A stretch of 64,000 bases of DNA from Selaginella moellendorffii (Eukaryota > Plantae > Lycopodiophyta): assembly GCF_000143415.4 (NCBI RefSeq), contig NW_003314306.1:1369129-1433128 (forward strand). The letters are read 5' to 3'. Below are positions 38,652 through 51,245 of the stretch, one piece after another (position 1 is the stretch's first letter; each line of letters opens with the position of its first letter). The position numbers and the translations under genes were made by a program. The notes beneath the pieces are model-generated. The model did no database searches, was not told the origin of the DNA, and was given only the letters and a program-made list of their open reading frames with translations.

Positions 38652-39390
38652 ATGGAGAGAATCTCATACTATTGCTATTAGTTTCTGCACAAGCCATGAT
38701 CATCACACAAGCAGGTATATAGTTTTCAAACGAAATTGATCGATCATATATTGTTTTCTTTTCTTCTAGCCGAGGAGTATGGCTACTCGAATGGGACTGC
38801 AGCTAGGCAAACTGGGGAAACTTGGGAAAAGAATGGAGGGTTTGCAGCAGCGGCAGAATGCAATCTCCGGTGGACATTCAATCTGAGAGGCTCCAACCAG
38901 TGTGCTCTTTGAAGCTGCTCCAGACGAGATACAAACCAGCGAATGCCACTCACCAATCTCGACCACGACATAGCAGTATGTATCTCCTGAATCCATATCA
39001 TCCTTGTAGCGAGTATCACATCCATGTTCACAGCGACACTGTGAATGAGAAGCATCTCGTGGGCATCTTGTCCGTCGCCGTCATGTACACCGAGTACGAC
39101 CCTTTTATCGATCAGGTAAACAGAGATCTTTAGTTTTTTTCGTCGTTTTGGTAAGGTTGCCATTTTCTACCTGAGCTGAGTGGCGAGCAAGATGTTCAAG
39201 TGATGGATCCCTCGCTGCTCAATGTTGGAGGCAAGCGATTCTTCAGATATGTTGGATCACTGACATCACCGCCCTGCACCGAGCAAGTGACATGGAGCGT
39301 GTTGAGAAGAGTAAACAAAATTATTTCCTTAATCTTTGGTTGACCCTGGTTCTCGCGCTAATAAACAGGAGAATAAGCTATTATAAATAG
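38652..39390 (+). pseudogene. Alpha-carbonic anhydrase pseudogene, copy 3
   Basis: Same exons with multiple deletions. The EGHLVH region is broken and most of exons 5-6 is lost. Confidence 0.88.
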
Positions 39391-39454
39391 ATGGGCGGGC
39401 TGCCGGGCCTATTTAGTCCTATTAGGGCAGGCGTTTTCCTAACCTAACAGCACT

Positions 39455-39801
39455 ATGTGGAAGTCTATATTTCTCTTGCTTGTGGCGCTTCTCCTAGTAG
39501 ATGCGCTCAAAATACATCCAGATCATCATCTCAAATTGTTCTTGATTCCAGAGCCTGAGAACATCACGCCCTATGTGGAATTGCTCAATATGCTTCCTGG
39601 CCCAGTGCGTCCTGTCTACTTGTGCCACGAGAAATCCATCTATGCTTTGTTGACGGAGAAACAAGCAAGCATCTTCAGGAGTAAGTCTAAAAAGTTCGTG
39701 TCTTTTTAATTCCTGACCCTTCCTTTTTTGAAGTGAGAGCAAACGTTTCTGTGGTCCTTAAGCGTGAATATGCTGAGCTTTTTTCGTCTACGGCATTCTA
39801 G
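39455..39801 (+). CDS. 97-aa secreted stand-alone subtilase propeptide (I9)-like protein; exons 39455-39680 and 39734-39801
   Basis: Signal peptide plus LLNMLPG...SIYALLTEKQASIFR/MRANVSV, collinear with the prodomain of the subtilase at 48904 (LLNGLPG...SFYALMTDKQANFLR/RRANVSV), with the same phase-1 intron. The stop falls close to the TTRTW maturation site. Confidence 0.62.
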
Positions 39802-42734
39802 TATATTCTATAATATACATTTAAATTAATCTTATTTTTATAAATTCTAATTATTTTTATAATTTGCTGTATAGATAACATAGAATATTCTACCATCTAA
39901 TGGTTGTTATTCAATTTAGTTTATAAACATATTTAAATCTTATATTATTCTATCATTTAATAAAGATTAATCTTGATTTATAAATTATAAACATGTTTAT
40001 AATTATAAATAAATTTGAATATTTATTAATCCTAAACAAAAATAACACTAAAAAAAGAATGTTCTTTTGTTGATCATTCAGATTAATCTTATTGTGTATC
40101 AACCATAGCTAGCATTTGTGTATGGTTTGATTTCTTGCTGGGGCCACCATGTGTGTGGATGGAATCTGTATATTACTGACTATTTTCTTGTTCTAAGAAG
40201 TGTTTAGGAAATCTTATAAATTATTTTTAAAATAATAATAATAATAATACTAATGTTTTATAATATCCAATCATATTCTATATCCACTACTACACAGGTT
40301 TGCTTAAGTAAACCAAAAATTTTAAACTATGTTATAAAATTAAGAAGTTAATCTGTATAGTTTATTATATTTGAAGGTTATAAATAAAACTTGGTAAACA
40401 TGTGAAATAAGTTAAACTAGCATTTTACTATAAAAGCTATATTTGTTTTTCTTGTGAAAACTATTTGAAGTTTTGTCTTTCCCATCCACTTCGACAATAT
40501 ATTTTAACTATAAAAAATTTGAAACATTTTGGCTTCACATACCAAAAATATTGACTTACTTCTTGAAGATATTTGGTTGTTCTTTCAACCATATAATATT
40601 ATTCACAAAGTTGTTAATTTGATAAATTAAACTTGCATTTTAAATTTTTCAAAACCATTTCTTACTAGGGCTAGGGTTTAAGGCAAGACAAACTTGCAAT
40701 TACACATGCAATATATAATGTTAAGAAATAACATTGAAATCTACAGAAATAGTAGGGATTGTAAAGTTGCTTCTTGGATTTGGTCTGAAATGTTCTTAAA
40801 GGTTACTTAACTCAATAGTACTCAAACTTAAACTTAAACTCGGTCTCAAGTGTTTTAGAGGTCATTTAACCCAATAGTATGCAAACTTAATGATGTTTAA
40901 CTCCAAGTATCCCAAAACATTTAACCGATTGGAAAAAAAAAGACATTCTTATTCATGGGCTATTATCCTTTATAGTTGACCCCTATTTATATTTAGTCTT
41001 GAATTCAATCTTTGTCTATATTTTGAACTCGGTCTTGAATTCGGTCTTCGATATATTAAGTCCTAGATACATCCAGCCCTAGATATATCTAATCAAACCT
41101 TTTTATTATTTGGATCTTAATTTTATAGCTAACAACATCTTAGGGAATTTATTTTTTATAGTCATCTTGTATGTGTATAACTTTATTTGGTGTTAAACTC
41201 ATAACACTCCTTTTTGTGTGTTTGTAATTTTTTATTTGTTTGAGCTGGTGACATTTTTTTTATGACTAACTGCCAATAATGAATATGTCATTATTGCTTC
41301 TGGTCTCATAACTTCTTAGGTGGAAGTTTGTGCTCTTATTAATGCATTTACAATTGCTATTAGATACTTCCTCTCTAATTGAGTAATGTTTTAGCATTCT
41401 TGTTTGAAATGAATTCTCTTAGATAATAATTTTGCATTTATGGTTAAAGTAGTTTACATCTTAATGTCTTGGCTGTTGATATACCACACTTTCATGAATG
41501 TTTAGTATCCATAAATAAATAGTTTGGTAGAATTCCTCATTTAGACCTTCAAGGGGATAATTACAAAGTATATGACTTTTAATATTTAGATTGGGATGAT
41601 TATTTATTATCTCTCTAGTACACATATGTTATGGGGGTGTAAAGTTCTATTAGTGTTTCACTATATAAACTCATATATAGTTATGCATATATTGCTAATC
41701 AATTTGAGTTTGTTTTTATGATTGTCAATGATGCTAAATCTTGAAATTAATATTTAATGAGTATTTTTCTACTGGTTCAAGTAGAGTCTATTGAATACTT
41801 AAGTCACATACAAGTGGGATAATAATAATACTACAACTCTCATATCATCCATCAATATGAATGATTTGGTGTTGGTTTATTTTTCCTAATCTTATAATAA
41901 GTGGTTTGCTTAAAGGGCTCTATACCTAATGGAAAGGACTATATTGAGTGTTGCAGCAAGTTAGATTACAAGTTTATAAGATTTGACATAGTATTTAACA
42001 AATAAATCCTCTAAAAATTATATATGTATAAAAGGATTAAAAAGAAATTACACCACCTACAAATTCAATAGTGTGTCCTCCTGGTGTTCTTCCAAATCTC
42101 AACTTATCGATAGGAGAATCTTATTTCCCTTCCATCATTTAAAGAGGAGGTGATGATATGACAATGCCATATAAAATTATTAATATAGTTTTTCATAGTT
42201 GTCAAATTGATTTTAATATGGACCACTCATTCATATATATAATCTGAGGTTATTAAGCTTATTAAATATGTACATTTCTATATTCTATACACTTAAAAAA
42301 CTTCCTTATTATGAATTAGTGAAGTATCAATTTGCTCCATCCTCATAGAACATAATTTTGTATGGCATTATGAAACTAAGCCAAGTTAGGCAGTAATTAT
42401 TATAATGCCACTTGGATACTAAAGAACCCTAAAGTTGTAATTGTCAAATATATAAAATGAAATTTCATGTTTGGTTAATTCCTATAAAATTCCCTAGGTG
42501 AAGTAATGCATAGTAGTTCTGTAATATAAAGTTATAATACTGAACGATATAATATGGTTTGCCCATTTTGCACAAATTAAATTGTTTTCTAAGAGTTTTC
42601 TTTCCATTGAATCTAAGACTTTTTGAATTTCTTCCATATCAAGCTTGTGCAGCATTTTGAAGCCAGAGGAAATTGTAGACGAACACTGTGATGCACTATG
42701 TAAAAGTTGATAAAATCAAGTCGTGAATGGTGCA

Positions 42735-45296
42735 TGTAGAACTGAGAGAATATTCCAACTTTAGCCATGTCATGATGGGGAAGTTAGAAGGAGAGAAGTA
42801 AAAAGGGATTATATATAAGGTAAGAATAAAGATGTTTGTCTTGAAGATTACCAAGAGGGAGCATACTTGGGTGCTGAGGCACATCAACACGAAAAGCAAA
42901 AAATCAGCCCAAGAACCAGAAACCCCGGCAGCCCTGCTGCTGTGTAGGTCAGCAGCAGGGCTGCCAGAGTTTCTAGTTCTTAGGCTGGTTTTTGGCTTCT
43001 CATCAACAGTATAGCTTCTTCTTGATGTGCCTCAGGACCATCATAGCCCAGGTGCACTCCCTCTTGGTCTTCAGGACAGACATACATTACATACAATCCC
43101 ACTAGTGACATGACTAAAGTTGGAATCTACATCACCCCCCACCTATTGGGCTCCGTCCCAGAGCACATAGCTCCATGGCAGCTTCATCTCACTCATGGTA
43201 CTTGCGCAAGCGAGCACCATTGACACGAGTTGGTAAGAAGTTCCCACTGAAATCTTCAAGCCGGACCGAGCCGTTAGAAAAAACTTCAACAATGCAATAT
43301 GGCCCAAGCCAGTGAACACGTAGTTTCCCATGCTTTTTTCAGTGCTTGCTATCATACAGCAGAACCACCAGCAGAAAACTGTTTAGCACGCAAATGACGA
43401 TCATACCATTGCGGCACTTCTGAAGTGCTTCGCGAGCTTGGAAAGCGAGAAGTCGACGCTCGTCGAGCTGTAGAAGCATGTCCAGTCGAGCTTGAAGAGT
43501 GTTGTCCCAGTCCAAGTTGTGCTCGACAGCCATACGGAGAGAGGGAATCTCGAGCTCAAGCGGCAGGATGGCTTCTTGTCCATAAACAAGATGGAACGGT
43601 GAAGCTTTGGTGGTGACCTTGTAAGCAACGTGGTATGCCCAGAGTGCATCGAGCAAACGGTGATCCCAATCTGTGCGAGAAGCACTTGCGAGCTTCATGA
43701 TGATGTCACACATATCTTGTTGGTGCGCACCAAGCACGAGGGTGGTAGCGATGAGCGATGCCATACTTCTCCACCAAGGTCTCGATCACTTGATTGATGA
43801 AGTGAGTATCTCGGTCACTCACCAGCTCCAAAGGGCAGCCAAATCTCATGATGATGTTCTTGTAAAGAAAAGTCGCAACCTTGGCTGTATCTTCCGTGAG
43901 AGCTTCAGCCTCGGCCCACTTTGTGACGTAGTCCATGCAAACGAGAATGTAGCGACAACAGGAAGGATGACTGGCCGGCTTGATCGGTCCCACAAAATCG
44001 ATGCCCCACTTCTCAAAAGGAAGCACCAGAAGCAGAGGATTAAGCGGCATCAGATCGCGGTGAGTTGGGCGACCAGCACCCTGGCAGGGATCACAGGTCT
44101 GAACGTAGGTAGCAACATCCTTGTGAAGCGTTGGCCACCAATAGCCAGCTTGAAGAACTAAACGAATTGTTGCCTCAGATGAAAAGTGGCCTTAAGGTGA
44201 ATTATGGCATGAAGTGCTGACAGTGTGAGGAAGGATACGGCGGCGTAGAACGTCGTCACGGCCGAGGATGTAGAGCTGGCCATGCAGGAGAGAGTATGGA
44301 CGAGCCTGGATAATAAGTCGCTTGCGTTCGGTGGCAGTAAAGTCAGCAGGGAACTCGCCGGTAGCCAGATAATCTGCAATGCCTTGATACCATTCAGGAA
44401 CAGCGTCGGCCGCAAAGCGATCGTGGTGTCGCAAGAAAACAGAGCAGCACCAGCTGGGTCATCCTCAAGATCCTGGGAGGAGGGAGGGCATGGCAATCGT
44501 GAAAGATCGGCCATGGCATGAGCGCGGCCGGGCTTCAGGATCACCTCGAAGTCGAATTCCTGGAGGATGATCAGCCAGCGGGAGATTCGACCTATGCGGC
44601 AAGGCTTGTTGACTAGGTACTTGAGTGCTTGGTGATCCACGAAAAATTTGAAGTGTGTGCCCAACAAATACTTCTGAATAGCAAAGATCATGAGGAGCAC
44701 CAAGGAATCCTCCCTTTGCCATCTTCGTCGAGTGTAGGGTGATCGATGCCCCCCGGCTGGCAAAGAACAGCGCAGAAGCATCCACGTGGACGTGGAAAAT
44801 AACTGTCCAGTCAGGAACGGCTAAAATCGGAGCAGTGATCAGAGCTCCCCGGAGAAGCTCGAGTGTCCACTCATAAGGCACGAGAGTTTCGTCAGAGGCA
44901 AAGCTTTAGTCACGAAGTTGTAGATGAAGCGTCGATAGTAGCCAACACGTAGTCAAAGTGTAGTTTGATTGAAACAAGATCTTTTTTAAGGCAAGTTCTT
45001 CACAATAGCCACCTTAGCTGGATCCACAGCTAATCCTTCCCGGGCAGTGCACCAGTGAAGACTGGGAGGTCTAATACCTACCGAAGCTTAACTTGGCCTG
45101 CTACTAAGGTTTTTGGTTCTTGGGCTAGTTTTTTGCTTCTTGATGGCACAGCCTTAACACCATCAGGCGTACTCCTTCTTGGTAATCTTCAGGACAGGCA
45201 TTTTTATTCTTACGTCACATACAATCTCCTTTTACTTCTCCCTGTCGTGACTTACTACTGACGTGGCTAAAGTTGGAATATTCTCTCAGTTCTACA
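42735..45296 (-). mobile_element. Internally deleted Ty3/gypsy element: 5' LTR 45296-45056, PBS 45054-45037, RT end / RNase H / integrase remnants, PPT 43143-43132, 3' LTR from 43131, plus an extra inverted LTR at 42735-42942
   Basis: GYYRRFI, FHVHVDAS, YLLGTHFKFFVDHQALKYL, PFEKWGIDFVGP and WLGPY. LTRs start TGTAGA. PBS TGGTGCACTGCCCGGGAA resembles the complement of a tRNA-Gly 3' end. Confidence 0.85.
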
Positions 45297-45309
45297 GTGC
45301 ACCAAGCGG

Positions 45310-46130
45310 ATTATATTCGACGGCTACTTCCATCCTGCTCGGACTTGGCAGTGATCAGTCTCTGAACATGACAAGCCAACTTTGATCGCTGCCAGATAAG
45401 TCGCTGGATTCGGAGCAAGGCTCTCGACGTCCTCTATGCGAGGGAAAGTTCCAAGGCCTCTTCACACTCTCCATTCTCCACACAGTGGTGGAGCCCCATT
45501 GCTAGCAACATCCACTGCTTGCTTGTAGGTTGTGCGGGCTGCTACACTGGCCAAGGCGCCCGGCTGGATCCTGCAAGCGCGCAGCTCCTCGTAGCTTTTA
45601 CGGCCCGAAGAGAGGATCTAGAGTTCCTAGGACTGAAGAGCCTTCCATTCCTGTGGCTTACTTGACGATGGACCGTAGCGCCTCTTGGTGAGGCGTCTAG
45701 CAGAGAGCACTTTGGCTAGATAGCGCACCGGCGGCTCCAGGCTTAAGGATGTCCAGGGAATAGGCGCATCCAGAAGTAGTTTGACAAAGAGTAACGATCT
45801 CGTTAGATTCACAGATGAAGTCGCCAGGCTGGGAGCCTTCTCTCGTCTTCTCTTTTGTATCTTACTTTTCCAGATGGGATATGGCTACCAAGCAGCGAGA
45901 ACTTAAATGTATCCAAGAGCTTTTCTTTACGTAAGTTACTGAATCCTCGGAAGTTCTTTTGGTACCGGCACATTGCTCCAAAGAACGCTTTACTTCGAGG
46001 CACGCCAATTTGCTCCCGAATGGAGATGGCTGAGGATTGAGAAAGGGAGTCATCCTTTTGGTAGCATTTGGTACTTTGTCCGGAGTTTCTACTAACAGAG
46101 TTTCTGTGGGTATTCTATGTTCTGGCATTG
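45310..46130 (-). pseudogene. PPR fragment plus an unassigned coding remnant, related to 23105-23670 and 34500-34700
   Basis: HCVENGECEEALEL / VESLAPNPATYLAAIK. SNLRK...SH is shared with the 34227-34670 ORF. Confidence 0.5.
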
Positions 46131-46332
46131 CGGAGAGAATAACAAAGCAAGAGTTAGGTTTCTTTTGAGAACGCTGTTTCTGAGTCAGAACGAAGGTTGA
46201 AAACTTAGTCGTAACAGGCTAAATCTTCTTGCTGTTGGTGTTTCAAGATCAAGTATGCACCTATTTCTTTTACCTAAGGCTATCTCCAAAGGACTCTTTC
46301 TGATCCTTGGTGTGAACAGTGATTCTTATTTA

Positions 46333-48904
46333 TTATGCTTTGACAACAAATGGAAGGCGAACTTTATATCCAGGATGTTTGTAAGCATAGCACCTCCACA
46401 GAAGTGACCCAAATAGTGTTCCAGTGATAGTAGTGTCATTCAGAGAGAAAGTTATAGATATAGTTATCACTTTCACGCCTTCTTCCAGATCAAAAACCAT
46501 ATGTGGTGCTTCCACGTTCAATTCAGAAGGAATGTCATGCTTTAGAAAGTGATAGAATAGGTAATCCTTGGGTAGAGGTGGAAAACTAACCACTGTGAAT
46601 GTCCGTTTAACCACAACTTTCTGGCTTTTTAATAGCGTCACAACTATGGATGGATAGTTGCAATCTTTGCAATCCAGGTCGTTTTCGATAAAATCAGTGA
46701 AATCCAGCACTAAACCTGGTTCCATTGCTTCACTTGGATTAATAAAACCAGCCCCCATGGCATAAGGTGTTGCCACTTTTTCATCGAAATCCTTGATAGG
46801 TTCTCCTGTATTGTCTAATGGAGAGGCTGTGGTCATAATTGCAGATTTGATCATTGCTGGGGACCAAGTTGGATGTAAAGTTTTTAGCATGGCTACTATA
46901 GCAGCAACTTGAGGCGTCGCCATCGATGTACCACTTAGAAACTTGAACGATCTTTTAGCATCATCCTTTGGAAGCCAAGAAGCTAAAATATCCACACCCG
47001 GGGCAATGATATCAGGCTTGATGATTGAGAAATTGGGTGAACCTCTTGATGAAAATGCTGCCACTCGGGGAGCTGGAGTCAGTCCAGTAAGAGTTTTTAT
47101 CTTTGAAATTATGGCACCAGGTGATCTACAAAAGTGCACGAATGATATAAAATAAACTATAATCAACATAACTCACCTTGCTGTTTTGAGGAAATCATTA
47201 AGAATATCAGCCTCGCTAAAACTGACATAGAATATGGGTTTGAGCCCTCGATAGTCCTGCCGTACTATGAAGGGGGTGTGTACCAAAATAACTGCTGCAG
47301 CTCCTCCCCAATAAAGTGCTGCATTAGCACTGTTGCTTTCGTGGCAAATGACAATCTTTCCTTGCATATTCTCACGACTTTCTTTGCAAAACCTGCATAT
47401 AACTCTTTTAGACTGAAACTAAATATTGTGGAAGTATCAAGATATTACCGTCCCCAGGTATGAGTCGTTGAGCTGTACGTTAAGTTAAACGTATCGAACC
47501 TTAGGAAGGAGTCTTCAGGCCATATAGCTCCCTCACTGAGTGATGTAACTTGAATTGTTTTGGAAAAATGTTGATCGTCGTCCCAAAGCTCCATTTCAGC
47601 TATAAAGTCCCTATCCAGTGTGCAAGCTCCAACTGTCAGCAGCCATGGCGCCTGGTTTGATAGCTCTCCATACGGTCCTTCGTTTCCAGCAGCCGCCACA
47701 ACTGGTATTCCTTTTTTCTGCGCTAAGAAACCACCCCTACTACCAGCATCGTGTCCTAGCCCAGCGCCCAAAGACAGGGATATAACATCCACACCATCAC
47801 GTATGGCACTTACAAAAGCGTCGAATACGTCAGCATAGTTGCATCGGTTCCAGCATGCTTTGTAGATTGCGAGCCTGCAAAGTGGAGCTCCTCCCACAGC
47901 CATACCAGAGGCTAAACCTGTGTTGTGGACTTGCCTTCCTCCTACTGTTGATGCACAGTGCGTTCCATGGCCCTTTGTGTCGATAGGAGAGCGAATGTCG
48001 CTTGCTGCCAAAGAGTAGTTGACGTCCAAGTATGCTTGTACTCGCCTTGCGTTTCCAAGGAAGAACCTAGCTCCAATAACTTTCCTGCAGAAAGAAAGAC
48101 AAACAAATGGCTCTAGGAGAAGACTAGAAGAAAGAGAAAACACGATATATACAAACCGATTGCATGTGTAGCTTTGGAATTGTTGTCCCGCCTCACAAAT
48201 GCCTTTCCACCTCTTGGGGGCTCGAGACATGTCTTTGTCTCGAAAGGCTTCTAACCCCGGCGAGAAGCCTGGAAAAATCATAAACTTTTAACTTCAAAAG
48301 AAAGAGAATGATCAATGTACACAAACCTGTATCTATAACTCCAATGATTGAGTCACTGCCATACCCAGTTTGGGCCCAGAGAGACGTGTCTCCGGGGTTG
48401 AAGAGATAATTTGGATCATAGTCTGCTGACCTCCATATGCGGGAGCTGGAGTCAGACAGGTTTTTCTTCGCCATCGAGTCATCACCCCATTGACCAGAAA
48501 CGCCATCGATTCCACCGATGAACTTCCACGTCCGCGTTGTTTCAATGTACGAGTCAGGCGCTGAATGCACTGAAACATTCGCTCTTCCTGCCAAAGTAGA
48601 GCAAACAAGTTACGTATAAAATCTGGAAACAAAGGCTATGGAGCTTACTTCGGAGAAAGTTGGCCTGCTTATCTGTCATCAAAGCGTAGAAGGAACCTTG
48701 GCTAAAGCTCTTGATGTGCACAGCCTGCCTTTGCCCAGGAAGTCCATTGAGCAACTTGAGATGCGCAAGTTGGTCGAGGGATGCAAGCTCCTGGAATGAT
48801 TCGAAGTGGTCCTGCCCCGGGAGCGAGACTAAGAACGGCTTGAGCTGGTCCTCCATTCTCGCATCTGCCAGGAGCACCAGGAGCACAAAGAAGAGACGAA
48901 ACAT
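46333..48904 (-). CDS. Subtilisin-like serine protease (S8A, SBT), 6 exons (48904-48649, 48587-48327, 48268-48157, 48084-47449, 47392-47177, 47125-46333)
   Basis: Signal peptide, I9 prodomain, TTRTW, IIGVIDTG (Asp), GHGTHCAST (His), AAGNEGP, PA domain GKIVIC, SGTSMATP (Ser) and a fibronectin-like tail. Frame-preserving GT-AG introns. Confidence 0.93.
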
Positions 48905-49591
48905 CCTTCCGAGTGAGCTCTAGAATGTCCACTACTCGTTTAAGTAGTAAGGGAGTCATGAAAGTGAGGCGAGATTGACAGCCACACCCTTTCAATGTAG
49001 AAAGAGCCCGAAACTGTGTCATTTAGTTTAGAAAGATGTTTACACGAGCACACAGATATCGCTGGAACTGCAAGCAAAACAAAGAACTTATGAAAAAACG
49101 AAAGGAAAAGAAAAACCCCACTTGATTCCCTTTATGTGTGGCTTTAGCTTATAATCTGCAAGTATACAGAGGAAATAAAAACAGCATCATATATTCCAAA
49201 TGACGATACAATTCAATACCTTGCGCGCTTTGCGTTTTACACGAAGCGACACGGCAGCACTGTTTTGCTGTATAGCTAAGTTTCGTGAGTGAAAAAACAA
49301 ACTAAACGAGAGCTCAATTGCACCTACCTTTGCCGCCGCTGCTGCTGTAAGGAACAACGTTGCATTCCTCGCTGCACAGCCCCGGAGAGGAAGCCCGCCC
49401 GCATGCTTTTCTCACAGATCGACACAAAAAACATGTCAAAGGTGTTCCGATCCGTGATGCGAGCCGAGGCGCGGTGAGGGCTCCCCTGTGCTGCAAGTTC
49501 ATCAGTAACTTACAACAAGAGTTGTCGAGTTACCCGATTCCACCAACAATACTCCCTTTCGGAGGTAGGACTCGAGCTCTGTGGATGGCTT

Positions 49592-49718
49592 CTACCCCGC
49601 AACTGGACACGGCTTTACAACCTGCCACGCACCATTTACACACCTGAGTCTCAGCTTCCTGTATGACCTCGTTGCTTCTTCAATCTTCTTCCTCTTTCTT
49701 TCCTGCTGCTGCCGCTGC

Positions 49719-49756
<38 letters not shown>

Positions 49757-50875
49757 GACACTACCACCTCGATCTGATACCCACTTGCCGTTGAGCCGCT
49801 TGAGCTTCACAATCCTCGTCCTGGGAACAAAGCCACCTTCCTCCGTGTGCTTGAGCACCCAAGGATGCGTTTGAATCTGCTGCGTCGTCAAGCGCTTCTT
49901 TGGATCCAGGCACAGCATCCCCAAAATCAGCTCTTTGGCCTCCAGCCCGACGCCGGACCAGTCGAGCATATCAGCCGGCATGTCGACCCATCTCAGCCTC
50001 TCGAGCACGAACTCCGAGTCGAGCCCCGCAAAGGCCGTCAACCCGGACAGCGCCTCGTAGAGGATGAGCCCCAGTCCCCATATATCCACCGCCTGGTCGA
50101 ATCTACTGTCCCTCACCACCTCGGGGGCCAAGTACTTGGTTGTTCCAACGATGTGATCCAGCTTACCACCGGTGGACGCCACCGAGAGCCCAAAGTCGGC
50201 AACCTTGACGTCGTATGGAAAGGAGTCCCTAGAGAGGAGGATGTTTGGAGGCTTGAGATCCCTGTGGATAATCCCCAGAGCGTGCAATCCCTGCACAACC
50301 TTAGCCAAGCCTTTTATGAGAAGCGCAGCCTCCCTCTCACAAAGCCCTCGCTCTCTCTGGATCCTATCATGCAAACTGCACGCACACAACTCAAGCACAA
50401 GATGCCACACGCGATTATCATCTACAATTACCTCCACGAGGCTCACGGCACCACCACCTCCTCCTCCACCTGTAATCCCCTTTCCTCCACCACCGCCGCC
50501 TCGAAATCTCACGCCGCCGTTGCTCTGGATCAGCTTCATGATCGACACCTCCTGCCGCACCAGATCGAGCTCGCGGGATTCCTCCACCCTCACGCTCTTG
50601 CACGCAAACAGCCGCCCATCGCTCAGCCGCCTCACCTGGAAAACCCTGCCCTGGCCGCCATCGCCGATCTGGTACTCGATCGCGTACTTGCGCGACAGAT
50701 TGGGGAACGCCATGTCGTCGATCGACGAGAGCGACGAGGATTCCGTGCGATCGCCGTCGCCTCCGCCGCGGTCGCGCTCCGCAGCGCTCCTTTTTCTCAC
50801 CGCCATAGCCAAAACGACGCGTAACAAATCAAGAAAACCCTGATAGGAAGGCATCTTTTTGAACTGGATGACCAA
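49592..50875 (-). CDS. Intronless Ser/Thr protein kinase, CAMK group (CDPK/PPCK-related, no EF hands), with a Gly-rich insert and a polyQ tail
   Basis: IGDGGQGRVF, FACKS, HRDLKPPN, DFGLS, GTTKYLAPE and DIWGLG; 427 aa. The true start may be a later Met. Confidence 0.9.
49703..49755. repeat. CAG/CAA trinucleotide repeat (polyQ) in the kinase
   Basis: ctgctgctg...tgttgctg run. Confidence 0.9.
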
Positions 50876-51245
50876 AAGGGATGCCGGAATATTCTACCGT
50901 GACGGTTGCGCCGGGAATATGCCGGCTAACAATAACGTCTCGTGATTTTCAAACCAACGACGGGTAGTTTGTTCTTTTGATCATACAAAGATACTCGCAA
51001 AGATGAGAAAAATCACAATGTTTGCTATGATCAAACACCTGGAAGCCATCGATCCTCGCAACAAAGAGTACTCACAAATCTCGATCAAAATCTGGCCAAG
51101 ACAACATCAAACTCTGACACAACACCTGGAAGCCATCTCTCATCGCAAAAAGCATAGAATTCCTAGTGGTTTTGGCAGTGAAAACATCAAAATTTTGCCA
51201 CAGGTCGATCACCTTAAAAACCTTGAGCGATCACGATGTTGTCTT

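Larger units (their letters stand above)
38353..39801 (+). repeat. Segmental duplication, copy 3 (more diverged, many deletions)
   Basis: 38353-38500 matches 31314-31465. At 38621-38640 the tRNA 5' flank is joined almost directly to the CA start. Confidence 0.88.

Noticed and set aside
39810-42650. Genes in the very AT-rich block
   Set aside because: No ORFs or convincing motifs. A faint RNase H-like trace near 41300-41570 was too weak to call.
42735-45296. DIRS/tyrosine-recombinase retroelement, suggested by the inverted termini
   Set aside because: It encodes a gypsy DDE integrase and has a PBS and PPT. No YR motif was seen.
49847-50843. 325-aa and 223-aa + strand ORFs
   Set aside because: Antisense shadows of the GC-rich kinase CDS.
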